From assembly GCA_012295275.1 (NCBI GenBank), contig CM022671.1, forward strand, positions 35,154,001 through 35,218,000: 64,000 nucleotides of DNA, read 5' to 3'. Every line of letters starts with the position of its first letter. Positions within the stretch are counted from its first letter, which is position 1. This stretch comes from Chrysomallon squamiferum. Taxonomy: Eukaryota; Animalia; Mollusca. A model generated the notes under the pieces. It was not told the origin of the DNA and ran no database searches. It was given only the letters and a program-made list of their open reading frames with translations. This document shows, in pieces, positions 44,001-58,913 of the stretch. The position numbers were made by a program, and so were the translations under genes.

Positions 44001-47000
44001 AAATATCTTTTTTTATTTTAAATATATAAATATCTGTTTTCCTTTTAAATATATAAATATCTGTTTTCATTTTAAACTATATAAATATCTGTTTTCATTT
44101 TAAATATATAAATATTTGTTTAATTATATTTATATAAATATCTGTTTTTATTTTAAATATAGAAATATCTGTTTTCATTTTAAATATAGAAATATCTGTT
44201 TTCATTTTAAATATATAAAAATCTGTTTTCCTTTCAAATATATAAATTTCTGTTTTTATTTTAAATATATAAATAGCTGTTTTAATTTTAAATATATAAA
44301 TATCTGTATTCATTTTAAATATATAAATATCTTTTTTAATTTTAAATACATAAATATCCCTTCATTTTAAATATATAAATATCTATTTAATTATATTTAT
44401 ATATTTTACATCTAAAGCCTGTGTATCACTATTTAATTATATTTAAAATTTTCATTTAAAATATATAAATATCTTGTTTCATTTTAAATGTATAAATTTC
44501 TGTTTTCAGTTTAAATATACAAATATCTCTTTTTATTTTAAATATATAAATATCTGTTTATATTTACGTGTTTCACATCTAGGTCCTGTGTATCCTTGGT
44601 TACAGTTGCAGTAGCAGTTGGGTGATGTACCACTGGCAGTGCCTCTGTAGTTGCAGTAGTTGTCAGCACAGGGTGCTGGTGTCACTGCTGTAAAAAAGTA
44701 CATAAAATTATAATTAGATGAATATTATAAAATGTCTGTATTTATCTTATGTCTAATACTCTTTTTAAATATATAATTATCTGTTTTCAGTTTAAATATA
44801 TATATATTTGTTTTTATTTTAAATATATAAATATCTCTTTTCATTTTAAATATATAAATATCTATTTAATTATATTTATATATTTTACATCTAAATTCTG
44901 TGTATCCCTGTTTAATATTTAAAACATCATTTTTAATATATAAATATCTATTTAATTATATTTATATATTTTACATCTAAAGCCTGTGTATCACTATTTA
45001 ATTATATTTAAAAAATTCATTTTAAATATATAAATATCTTGTTTCATTTTAAATGTATAAATTTCCGTTTTCAGTTTATGTATACAAATATCTCTTTTTA
45101 TTTTAAATATATAAATATCTGTTTATATTTACGTGTTTCACATCTAGGTCCTGTGTATCCTTGGTTACAGTTGCAGTAGCAGTTGGGTAATGTACCACTG
45201 GCAGTGCCTCTGTAGTTGCAGTAGTTGTCAGCACAGGGTGCTGGTGTCACTGCTGTAAAAAGTATATAAAATTATAATTAGATGAATATTATAAAATGTC
45301 TGTATTTATCTTATGTCTAATACTCTTTTTAAATATATAATTATCTGTTTTCAGTTTAAATATATAAATATTTGTTTTTATTTTAAATATATAAATATCT
45401 CTTTTCATTTTAAATATATAAATATCTATTTAATTATATTTATATATTTTACATCTAAATTCTGTGTATCCCTGTTTAATATTTAAAACATTATTTTACG
45501 TATATAAATATTTATTTAACTATATTTATATATTTTACATCTAAAGCCTGTGTATCACTATTTAATTATATTTAAAATTTTCCTTTTAAATATATAAATA
45601 TCTGTTTTCATTTTAAACTATATAAATATCTGTTTTCATTTTAAATATATAATTATCTGTTTTTATTTTAAATATATAAATATCTGTTTTCATTTTAAAT
45701 ATATAAATATCTGTTTTCATTTTAAATATATAAATATCTGTTTTCATTTTAAATATATAAATATTTGTTTAATTATATTTATATAAATATCTGTTTTTAT
45801 TTTAAATATAGAAATATCTGTTTTTATTTTAAATATATAAATATCTCTTTTCATTTTAAATATATAAATATCTGTTTTTATTTTAAATATATAAATATCT
45901 GTTTTCATTTTAAACTATATAAATATCTGTTTTCATTTTAAATATAGAAATATCTGTTTTCATTTTAAATATATAAAAATCTGTTTTCCTTTTAAATATA
46001 TAAATTTCTGTTTTTATTTTAAATATATAAATAGCTGTTTTCATTTTAAATATATAAATATCTGTATTCATTTTAAATATATAAATATCTTTTTTTATTT
46101 TAAATACATAAATATCCCTTCATTTTAAATATATAAATATCTATTTAATTATATTTATATATTTTACATCTAAAGCCTGTGTATCACTATTTAATTATAT
46201 TTAAAATTTTCATTTGAAATATATAAATATCTTGTTTCATTTTAAATGTATAAATTTCTGTTTTCAGTTGAAATATACAAATATCTCTTTTTATTTTAAA
46301 TATATAAATATCTGTTTATATTTACGTGTTTCACATCTAGGTCCTGTGTATCCTTGGTTACAGTTGCAGTAGCAGTTGGGTGATGTACCACTGGCAGTGC
46401 CTCTGTAGTTGCAGTAGTTGTCAGCACAGGGTGCTGGTGTCACTGCTGTAAAAAGTACATAAAATTATAATTAGATGAATATTATAAAATGTCTGTATTT
46501 ATCTTATGTCTAATACTCTTTTTAAATATATAATTATCTGTTTTCAGTTTAAATATATATATATTTGTTTTTATTTTAAATATATAAATATCTCTTTTCA
46601 TTTTAAATATATAAATATCTATTTAATTATATTTATATATTTTACATCTAAATTCTGTGTATCCCTGTTTAATATTTAAAACATCATTTTAAATATATAA
46701 ATATCTATTTAACTATATTTATATATTTTACATCTAAAGCCTGTGTATCACTATTTAATTATATTTAAAATTTTGTTTTTTTAAATATATAAATATCTGT
46801 TTTCATTTTAAATATATAAATATCTCTTTTCATTTTAAATATATAAATATCTTTTTTTATTTTAAATATATAAATATCTTTTTTTATTTTAAATATATAA
46901 ATATCTGTTTTCCTTTTAAATATATAAATATCTGTTTTCATTTTAAACTATATAAATATCTGTTTTCATTTTAAATATATAAATATTTGTTTAATTATAT

Positions 47001-49132
47001 TTATATAAATATCTGTTTTTATTTTAAATATAGAAATATCTGTTTTTATTTTAAATATAGAAATATCTGTTTTCATTTTAAATATATAAAAATCTGTTTT
47101 CCTTTTAAATATATAAATTTCTGTTTTTAATTTAAATATATAAATAGCTGTTTTCATTTTAAATATATAAATATCTTTTTTAATTTTAAATACATAAATA
47201 TCCCTTCATTTTTAATATATAAATATCTATTTAATTATATTTATATATTTTACATCTAAAGCCTGTGTATCACTATTTAATTATATTTAAAAAATTCATT
47301 TTAAATATATAAATATCTTGTTTCATTTTAAATGTATAAATTTCCGTTTTCAGTTTATGTATACAAATATCTCTTTTTATTTTAAATATATAAATATCTG
47401 TTTATATTTACGTGTTTCACATCTAGGTCCTGTGTATCCTTGGTTACAGTTGCAGTAGCAGTTGGGTAATGTACCACTGGCAGTGCCTCTGTAGTTGCAG
47501 TAGTTGTCAGCACAGGGTGCTGGTGTCACTGCTGTAAAAAGTATATAAAATTATAATTAGATGAATATTATAAAATGTCTGTATTTATCTTATGTCTAAT
47601 ACTCTTTTTAAATATATAATTATCTGTTTTCAGTTTAAATATATAAATATTTGTTTTTATTTTAAATATATAAATATCTCTTTTCATTTTAAATATATAA
47701 ATATCTGTTTTCATTTTAAACTATATAAATATCTGTTTTCATTTTAAATATATAATTATCTGTTTTTATTTTAAATATATAAATATCTGTTTTCATTTTA
47801 AATATATAATTATCTCTTTTCATTTTAAATATATAAATATCTATTTAATTATATTTATATATTTTACATCTACGTTCTGTGTATCCCTGTTTAATATTTA
47901 AAACATCATTTTAAATATATAAATATCTATTTAACTATATTTATATATTTTACATCTAAAGCCTGTGTATCACTATTTAATTATATTTAAAATTTTCCTT
48001 TTAAATATATAAATATCTGTTTTCATTTTAAATATATTATATCTTTTTTATTTTAAATATATAAATATCTGTTTTCATTTTAAATATATAAATATTTGTT
48101 TAATTATATTTGTATAAATATCTGTTTTCATTTTAAATATATAAATATCTGTTTTCATTTTAAATATATAAATATGTATTTTCATTTTAAATATATAAAT
48201 TTGTGTTTTTATTTTAAATATATAAATATTTGTTTTCATTTTAAATATATAAATATCTGTATTCATTTTAAATATATAAATATCTTTATTTTATTTTAAA
48301 TACATAAATATCTCTTCATTTTAAATATATAAATATCTATTTAATTATATTTATATATTTTACATCTAAAGCCTGTGTATCACTATTTAGTTATATTGAA
48401 CATTTTCATTTTAAATATATAAATATGTATTTTCATTTTAAATATATAAATATGTATTTTCATTTTAAATATATAAATATCTGTTTTCATTTTAAATATA
48501 TAAATATCTGTTTCTGATTAAACTATATAAATATCTGTTTTCATTTTAAATATATAAATATCTGTTTTCATTTTAAACTATATAAATATCTGTTTTCATT
48601 TTAAATATATAAATATCTGTTTTCATTTTAAATATACAAATATCTGTTTTCATTTTAAATATACAAATATCTGTTTTCATTTTAAATATACAAATATCTG
48701 TTTTCATTTTAAACAATATAAATTTCTGTTTCCAATTTAAATATATAAATATCTGTTTATATTTACGTGTTTCACATCTAGGTCCTGTGTATCCTTGGTT
48801 GCAGTTGCAGTAGCAGTTGGGTGATGTACCACTGACAGTGCCTCTGTAGTTGCAGTAGTTGTCAGCACAGGGTGCTGGTGTCACTGCTGTAAACATATAG
48901 TCAATTTGTTCTTTAACTCAATTTTGAAATAACATTTAACATGAGAGTCGACTTATTATATTTATATTTACACGTCGAATATATTATATGAACACGGAAT
49001 TAATTACATATTTTTCTTAATTAAAAAAGATTACTTACTGTTTATATACATATATATATACAGTTATTTTTATTGAACATACATATTTTTTTTATGTGTT
49101 ATATGTATTTACATTTAAACACACACACACAC

Positions 49133-49171
<39 letters not shown>

Positions 49172-51081
49172 CACATAGCACATTAAAAATATGTAATATA
49201 TATTTTAAAAAATAGACTGACATACATTATGCATATTATCTGTTTATATCTGTTTTTGTGGGGTGTTATAGCTATTTTTTAAAACATTATTGAAAATAAA
49301 TAAAATGTTCATTAACTTACGTTTCTCAAAGTTTTTATTTTTTTATTTTATTTTTATTTTTATAAAATGAATACAAATGTGATTTATTTACCATGCAAAA
49401 TGAATGAAATATGTAAGTAAATCGAACTGAATTAAATAATTATTAAGTATGTATTAGTGAATGAATAAATCGATAAACATAAAATTTAAATAATAATAAT
49501 CATAAAATTGAATAAAATAAAATGAATTGAATAAAGTAAAGTCAAATAATATAAAACAAAATGATATATATATATATATCTATATATATATATATATATA
49601 TATAGACAGACAGACAGGCAGACAGACAGACAGACAGACAGAGGCAGACAGAGAGAGGCAGACAGACAGACAGACAATAAAATAAAATATAAAATCTCAC
49701 TCACCAGTGTCGCAGTGCTCGCCGGAATAGTTGACGTTACAAGTACACACGCACTTATTCGCTGTTCGATCAAATCTAGCAGTTCCTTGATAATTGCAAT
49801 CTGCAGGAGAACAAACTGAAAAACCCACATTATTATACACTGTATTTATTAATACTGTCCATGTTATATTACACTATACAATACTATACTATGCTATACT
49901 GTACCATACTATAATATATATATTATACTATACCATACGTGCCATAGTACACTATACTGTACTGTACTACACTAAACTATATTGTACTGTAATATGCTGC
50001 ACTTTAACTTCACTATACTATTGTTCTATACTACAATGTGCCGTGCTATGCTATACTATACTATTCTATACTGTACTATACTGTACTATACTGTACTATA
50101 CTGTACTATACTATTCTATACTATACTATTCTATACTATACTATACTGTACTGTATTGTGCTATACTATACTATTTATACTATACTACACAGTACCCTAT
50201 CATACTATACTTTACTATATTACACCATATCATACTTAATGTTTTATACTGTCATACATTATGTTACGTTATACTGTACTGTATTATATAAAAAACAGAA
50301 ATGTCCAGTATACCTTTCTGGTCACAAAGCTGACCAGTCCAGCCTGGACTGCACATACACTGACAGTTGTCAGTAGTGGACGAGGGCTGACCATTGACAC
50401 AGTTCAAAGTACATGGTGGAACTGGAAGAAACAGGGTTCATAATACAATAAACTGAACACTGAATAAAATAACAGACGTTATTGTTGTTGTTATTGCTGC
50501 TGTTATTATTATTATTATTCTTGTTGTTGCTATTATTGTTGTTATTATTGTTATTGCTATTGCTGCTGTTGCTATTGTTATTTTGTTGTGTTTAATATAG
50601 TAAGTAGTCTACTAGCTAATACAATATATATTGGCGCTCTGTTTCTCTCTGTAGATATATATCTCTCTGTCTTTTTCTCTCTATATATGTTTCTCTGTCA
50701 CTCTAACTGTCTCTGTAACTCTGGCTGTCTGTCTGTATATATATCTCTGTCTTTCTCTTTATATATATTTCTCTGTTGCTGTCTCCCTCTGTATTTCTGT
50801 CTGTATCTCTGTCTGTCTCTATCTCTCTCTGGCTGTCTGTCTCTGTCTCTCTCTGTATATATATATATCTGTTTCTGTCTCCCTATATATATATTTCTCT
50901 GTCGCTCTGGCTGTCTGAATCTCTCTGTATATATATCTCTGTCTCTCTATGTATTTCACTGTCAATCTGTCTGTCTCTCTCTGGCTGGCTGTCTCTGTCT
51001 CTCTCTCTCTCTATATATATATCTGTCTCACTTTATCTGGCTGTCTGTCTCTCTCTGTGTATATATATATATCTGTCTGTC

Positions 51082-51156
<75 letters not shown>

Positions 51157-51181
51157 GTCTCTCTTTCTCTGGCTGTCTGTA

Positions 51182-51214
<33 letters not shown>

Positions 51215-51770
51215 CTGTCTGTCTCTCTATGTCTCTCTTTCTCTCTCTGTCTCTCTCTCTGTCTGTCTCTCTCTGTCTGTTATAAAACACTTACATTCAC
51301 AGAGAGGACCAGAGAAGCCGTTTACACAGGTACAAGAACAGTCGCCAGTCGAGGTCGACATAACCCCCCCATTCTGGCAAGTGCCACAGATGGAATCTGC
51401 ACAGGTGGGGCCTGTAAAGGCGGGTCTGCAGACACACCCACACTGGTTGTTTGATATTTTGGTAACGCTGCCCCCATTCAAACACTGACCATAATCAATG
51501 CACTCTGCAATACAAATAAAACTGTGTGTTTAGAGATGACATTAGTTTTGAAAGCAAAATAAAATAAATGTAATGTAATCAAACTGATTTTTAAAAGAAA
51601 TTGAAAGAAGAAAAAATAAAAAAAGAAGAAATAAGTAATGAATATAATTTTTTTTTTTTAAATAAATAATAAAATTATGTATATATATATATAAAAAATA
51701 AAAATAAAAAATGTGAAGGAAAATAAATAAATATAGAATACAATGAAAAACAAGCAAACAAAGAAGCAGA

Positions 51771-51805
<35 letters not shown>

Positions 51806-53085
51806 AATAAAATAAAAATAAAATGATTTTGAAAAAAAAATAAATGAAAATGAATAAAACCATATAAAAAAGTTAAAGACAACAAAACGTAAAGAAAGTA
51901 AAAAAACAAAAAACAAAAGATAAGAATGAAATACAAAAGAGCAAATTTGAAAGATTAAAGAAAAAACAACAAAAAGACTGAAATTAAATGAGATTAAACT
52001 ATATGTAAAAAATATACATATAAATACATATTTAAAAAAATCAATAAATAAATAAAATAAAACAAAAATAAAAAGGGAAATAAACACAGACAACAAAAAA
52101 TCTAATAAAACATTTTATAATAAATCAAAAATCAAAATAAAACAGGGAAATAATGTTACTAAAATAGGGAAACCATAACAAAATTTAAAGAATTAAAACA
52201 TTATAAATTAAAATGATTAAATTTATAAATTATACAAATGGCATGAATCAAAACGAATTAAATTAAATAATAACAAAACAAAACAAAAAATAAAAATGAA
52301 CTCAAAGAAAATAAATTACATAAATATAATTTAAATATAACAGAAATAAAAATATATTAAAAAAAAGAAAGAAAAAGATAAAACAATGTAAGATATATTA
52401 AATAGTTATATTACGTAAACATATAAAAATAATTATCACTCACGTGTGCATCTGTCTCCTGTCCATCCGTTAAAACAGTTACATACACATCTAGTCGAGT
52501 CGAGATTTCCATTACTACACGTTAAAGTACATCGTGGAACTGAAAAATAATACGCTGTAATTATACATGTGTATATATCTGTATCTGTATGTGTGTTTCT
52601 GCATGTCTGTGTTTGGATGTGTATATATGTATGTATGTATGTACGTATGTGTGTGTATTTATGTATGGATGTATGTAAGTATGTAGTATGTACGTATGTG
52701 TGTGTAAATTTCCCATAAAAATTTCCCATAAAAAAAAAAAAAACACTCCAAGAAACAAGATAAAAAGCAAAACTAAAACAATAACAACAGCAAACAAACA
52801 AAACAAAGAAAAGACGCTGTTTCATACATACTGTTAGTTTCACAGTACTGTCCAGTAGTTCCGACTGGACAGCTACAGCCACACTGTCCAGTTGCGGTGA
52901 CCGTTGGCATTCCACCATTTCTACAAGGAGTCCCACTGCAGTCTCGTTCTGTAAAACACGAACACGTAAAATACAACAATTCAAGACAAAACAGCTGTAA
53001 AGAATAAAAACACAACAGAAAGCCTAGTTAATTAAAATATTATATGTGTATGTGTGTGTGTGTGTGTGTGTGTGGAAGTGTGTGT

Positions 53086-53116
<31 letters not shown>

Positions 53117-53666
53117 GAGAGCGAGAGAGCGAGAGAAAGAGAGATAAAGAAAGAGAAAGAGAGAAAGAGAGAGAGAGATATATAGAAAGAAACATACAGA
53201 TAAACAGAGTAAGAAAGAAACAGTCAGATATACAGAGATAGAAAGTAAGTGTGAGAAAACATGCGAGAGAGATAGAGAAACAGAGAAAGTAAAGGTGAGA
53301 AAACGTGAGAGAGACAGAGAGAGAGATAGATAGAGAGAGAGATTGAGAGAGAAAGAAAGAGAGATAGATAGAGAGAGAGATTGAGAGAGAAAGAAAGAGA
53401 GATAGATAGAGAGAGAAAATAAGTATGAGAAAACGTGCGAGAGATAGATAGAGAAAAAGAGACAGAAAGAAAGTGCGAGTAAACGATAGAGAGATAGAGA
53501 GACAGAGAGATAGAGAGAGATTAGAGAGAAAGAAAGAGAGATAGATAGAGAGAGAGACAGAGAGAGAGACAGAGAGAGAGAAAGACAGAGAGAGAGATTG
53601 AGAGAGAGACAGAGAGAGACAGGGAGAGACAGGGAGAGAGGCAGATAGAGAAAGACAGAGAGAGAT

Positions 53667-53697
<31 letters not shown>

Positions 53698-53737
53698 TTG
53701 AGAGAGAGAGAGAGAAAAAGACAGAGAGAGATTGAGA

Positions 53738-53768
<31 letters not shown>

Positions 53769-53851
53769 AGACAGAGAGATTGAGAGAGAGAGATTGAGAG
53801 AGAAAGACAGAGAGAGATTGAGAGAGAGACAGAGAGAGAGACAGAGAGACA

Positions 53852-53882
<31 letters not shown>

Positions 53883-54165
53883 AGAGAGAGAGAAAGAGAG
53901 AGATTGAGAGAGAGAGATAGAGAGAGAGAGATTGAGAGAGAAAGACAGAGAGAGAGATTGAGAGAGAGACAGAGAGAGAGACAGAGAGAGAGAGATTGAG
54001 AGAGAGACAGAGAGAGAGAGAGAGAAAGAGAGAGAGATTGAGAGAGAGACAGAGAGAGAAAAAGACAGAGAGACAGAGAGAGACAGAGAGAGAGAAAGAG
54101 AGAGATCGAGAGAGAGAGATAGAGAGAGAGATTGAGAGAGAAAGACAGAGAGAGAGAGACAGAGA

Positions 54166-54242
<77 letters not shown>

Positions 54243-55180
54243 AGAGAGATTATCACTCACGTGTGCATCTCTCTCCTGTCCATCCGTTAAAACAGTTACA
54301 TACACATCTAGTAGAGTCGAGATTTCCATTAGTACACGTTAAAGTACATCGTGGAACTGAAAAATAATACTCTGTAATTATACATGTGTATATATCTGAA
54401 TGTGTCTGTGCGTTTCTGCATGAGTATGTATGTGTGTGCGTATATATGGATGTATACGTATGTATGCATAAAAGTATGTATGTATGTATGAATTTACGGA
54501 TGCAAGTATGTGTTCATCTGTGTTTTTGTATTTGCGGGTATTTCTACTAAGTTTTTGTAATAACAAAAACAACAACAGCAATAAAACAACAACTAAAAAA
54601 TACCCCCCCCCCACAAGAACACCAGAAAAAAAAAACAAAAAAAAACAACAAAAACAACACCCACCCCTCAACCCCCCCAAAAAGAACAAAACAACAAAAA
54701 CGCAACAAGAAAGAAAAAAAAAAGAAAAGAAAAGAAGAAAAAAAGGCGCTGTTTCATACATACTGTTAGTTTCACAGTATTGTCCAGTGGTTCCGACTGG
54801 ACAGCTACAGCCACACTGACCAGTTGCGGTGACCGTTGGCATTCCACCATTTCTACAAGGAGTCCTACTACAGTCTCGTTCTGTAAAACACGAACACGTA
54901 AAATACAACAACTCAAGACAAAACAGCTGTAAAGAATAAAAACACAACAGAAAGCCTAGTTAATTAAAATATTATGTGTGTGTGTGTGTGTGTGTGTGTG
55001 TTTGTGTGTGAGTAGAGAGAGAGAGAGAGACAGACAGACAGAGAGACACAGAGACCGAGAGAGAGTCAGAGAGAGACAGAGAGAGAGATTGAGAGAGAAA
55101 GACAGAGAGAGAGACAGAAAGATAGAGAGAGAGACAGACAGAGACACACAGACAGAGAGACACAGAGACAGAGAGGGAGG

Positions 55181-55232
<52 letters not shown>

Positions 55233-56013
55233 ACTCACGTGTGCATCTGTCTCCTGTCCATCCGTTAAAACAGTTACATACACATCTAGTAGAGTCGAGA
55301 TTTCCATTACTACACGTTAACGTACATCGTGGAACTGAAAAATAATACTCTGTAATTATACATGTGCTGTTATATATAAGCAGTTTCTTCAAGTATGCAC
55401 AATAAAATATATTTCTGAAATTACATGTGTTATATATATAAAAACAAAATGTATAAAATGTATGTATGGATTGACGAATGAAGAATATATGTGTTCAATT
55501 TGCGTGTAAAAAAATAAAAAAAATAATAAAAAAACAAAAACAAAAAGAATAACAATAAAAAACAACAACAACAAAAAAAAAAAACAAAACACCCCAAGAA
55601 CACCAAAAAAAGAAGAAAAAACCCAACAAAAAACAAAAAACAAAAAAAAAGCAAGAAAGAAAATGAAAAAGAAAAAAGTAAAAGAAGAAAAAAAGACGCT
55701 GTTTCACACATACTGTTAATTTCACAGTACTGTCCAGTGGTTCCGACTGGACAGCTACAGCCACACTGACCAGTTGCGGTGACCGTTGGCATTCCACCAT
55801 TTCTACAAGGAGTCCTACTGCAGTCTCGTTCTGCAGTGAAAACACGAACACATACATTATATCACGTGACAAACAGATAACCAATCAAAACAATCCTACC
55901 ATGATAAAAAAATGAAAGGTTCTTGCATAATGATAGGCCAGGCGAATTATGATGTTCATTAATACACAGTTTTTATTAAATGGCATTGAATGACTTTTAT
56001 TATCATTATTACA

Positions 56014-56072
<59 letters not shown>

Positions 56073-56555
56073 ACATACGATCACAGGATCTCCTATCCAG
56101 CCGACTGGACACTTGCATTTGCATTCATCATTTACCAGTTTTGCGCTTCCTCCGTTGTAGCACGTGTTTGTGCACGCTTCATTAAGTAAAAAAATATATT
56201 CTGATTTATTTAAACGTACATCCTTACTCACATACTCACAGACGCAAATACATTCACACGAACGTTATATATAATAATTTTGGGTTTGCTAGCATACGTG
56301 TACATCTTAAAAGAAGACAGTGTTAAAGATAACTAAACAAAAATGAGCTTGTATAATAACACAGATGCATACACCCATAAGCACACACAGACATTTATAC
56401 ACATATATCTACATACACAAACAGAGACAATCATACACACACACATACACACAGGCATATATACATTCACACAAAGATACACAAACATACATACATACAT
56501 ACATACATACACAATCATACATACATACTTACATTTACATACATACATACATATA

Positions 56556-56586
<31 letters not shown>

Positions 56587-58475
56587 ACACATATACACAC
56601 ATACATACAAAAATATACATATACTTTCACAAATATACGTTCCTGAATATTGCCTTTATGCAGAGTTTAATCAGACGTATATGAGACAGAGAATATTCAA
56701 ATCCTAAAATACATACATATACATAGGTGTACGAACATACCTTTTTTATCACACAGCGTTCCCGACCAACCCAAATTACATTCACACATACATGGGTTTC
56801 TCTGTAAGTAGCCGTTAACACAAGCCAAGGAACACGTTGAAACTGAGAAATAGAATGTAATAGTTACTGCTACTTCGATAAGCTTGAGCATTTATTTATT
56901 TATTTATTTATTTTTTTATCTTTCTATTTCTATTTATATTTATGTTTATTTATATTTATATTTATATTTATGTTTATTTATTTATTTATCTTTTTATTTA
57001 TATTTATTTATTTATTTGTCTTTTTATTTATATTTATATTTATGTTTAATTTTTTTTGTTTATTTTTATTTACGTATTTATGTATTTATTTATTTACTTA
57101 TATTTTGTTATTTATTTATTTATTTGCTATTTATTTACTTATATTTTGTTATTTATTTATGTTTATTTATATTTGTATTTATTTATTTTTTATTTATTTA
57201 TTTATGTTTGTTTCATTTTGTTATTTATTTATTTATTTTATTTAATTTGCTTTACTTCTTCAATATGGAGAATTTATTTATCTATATTAATTTATGTATT
57301 TATTTATTTATTTACTTATACTTATGTTTATTTATTTATTTATAATTTATTTATGTAGAAACTTATTTATTGACTTATAATGGTGTTAATGTTAACAGTT
57401 TTGAATATTAACTTATGTATTTATTTAGTTTGGAATGTTTATTTATATTTACATTTATTTTTTTTTAAATTTATTTATTATGTTTCTTTCATTTAGAAGA
57501 ATCTGTAGCAGTTATTTACGTTTAATAAGTAATAGTTGTTAGTAGAAGTAATAGTAAAGGAGAATTATTGAAGGAGAAGTATTTGTAGTAGCATTAATAT
57601 TAGTAGCAATAGTAGTAGTTATCGTAATAGTAGTAGTTATCGTAGTAGTAGTAGTTATCGTAGTAGTAGTAGTAATCGTAATAGTAGTAGTTATCGTAGT
57701 AGTAGTAGTTATCGTAGTAGTAGTAGTTATCGTAATAGTAGTAGTTATCGTAGTAGTAGTAGTTATCGTAGTAGTAGTAGTTATCGTAATAGTAGTAGTT
57801 ATCGTAGTAGTAGTAGTTATCGTAATAGTAGTAGTTATCGTAGTAGTAGTAGTTATCGTAATAGTAGTAGTTATCGTAATAGTAGTAGTTATCGTAGTAG
57901 TAGTAGTTATCGTAATAGTAGTAGTTATCGTAATAGTAGTAGTTATCGCAATAGTAGTAGTTATCGCAATAGTAGTAGTTATCGTAATAGTAGTAGTTAT
58001 CGTAATATTAGTATTATTATTATATTTGTAATAGCATTACTATTATAGTAGTAGAGGTATAACAGTAGTATTAAATGTGTAAGTGAAATCTGTGTAAGAG
58101 TTTTAATAAGAACAAGTGACTACCTTCATTCTCACAGAAAGTTCCAGTGTAGCCCGCGTCACAGACACACGTACAGTCATTCGTACTGCTAGACCGTACT
58201 CCGTGTACACAGTTCTTAGTGCAACCAACAGCTGAATATAATAATAATAGTAATAATAATAGTAATAGTAATAATAATAGTAATAATAATAATAGTAATA
58301 ATAATAATAATAATAGTAATGATAATAATAATAATGATAATAATAATAATAACAATAACAATAATAGTAATAATAATAATAGTAATAATAATAGTATTGA
58401 TAATAACAATAATTGTAATAATAAATAATGATAATAATAATAATTGTAATAATAATAATAGTAATAATAATAATT

Positions 58476-58518
<43 letters not shown>

Positions 58519-58849
58519 TAATAATAACTGTAATAATAATAATAGTAGTAATAATAATAATAATAATAATAAAAATGATAAAATTAAGAGTAACAACAAT
58601 AATAAGATAAATAAATAAATAATGTGTATGTGTGTATGTATGAAAGTATGCGAGTGGGTATGCGCCTGTATATATAATGATATGCACTTACCTATAGGTG
58701 TGTTACAGTCGGAACCAGTGTATCCTGATGAACAGATACATTCACATGGCGACATCTGAAGACTGCCATGGATACAAGGAATATTGCAGCGAGGTGAGGC
58801 TAGAAGAAATGAAAATAGTAATTAATTATTTTGTTTAGAACACTCATAC

Positions 58850-58913
<64 letters not shown>

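Noticed and set aside
41460-48300. MKTDIYIFK-repeat ORFs and a CRISPR-like repeat/spacer look
   Set aside because: This is a 27-bp minisatellite with duplicated exons. There are no unique spacers and no cas genes, and the context is eukaryotic.
53024-54329. 410-429 aa Ser/Leu ORFs
   Set aside because: They are translations of the (GA)n microsatellite.
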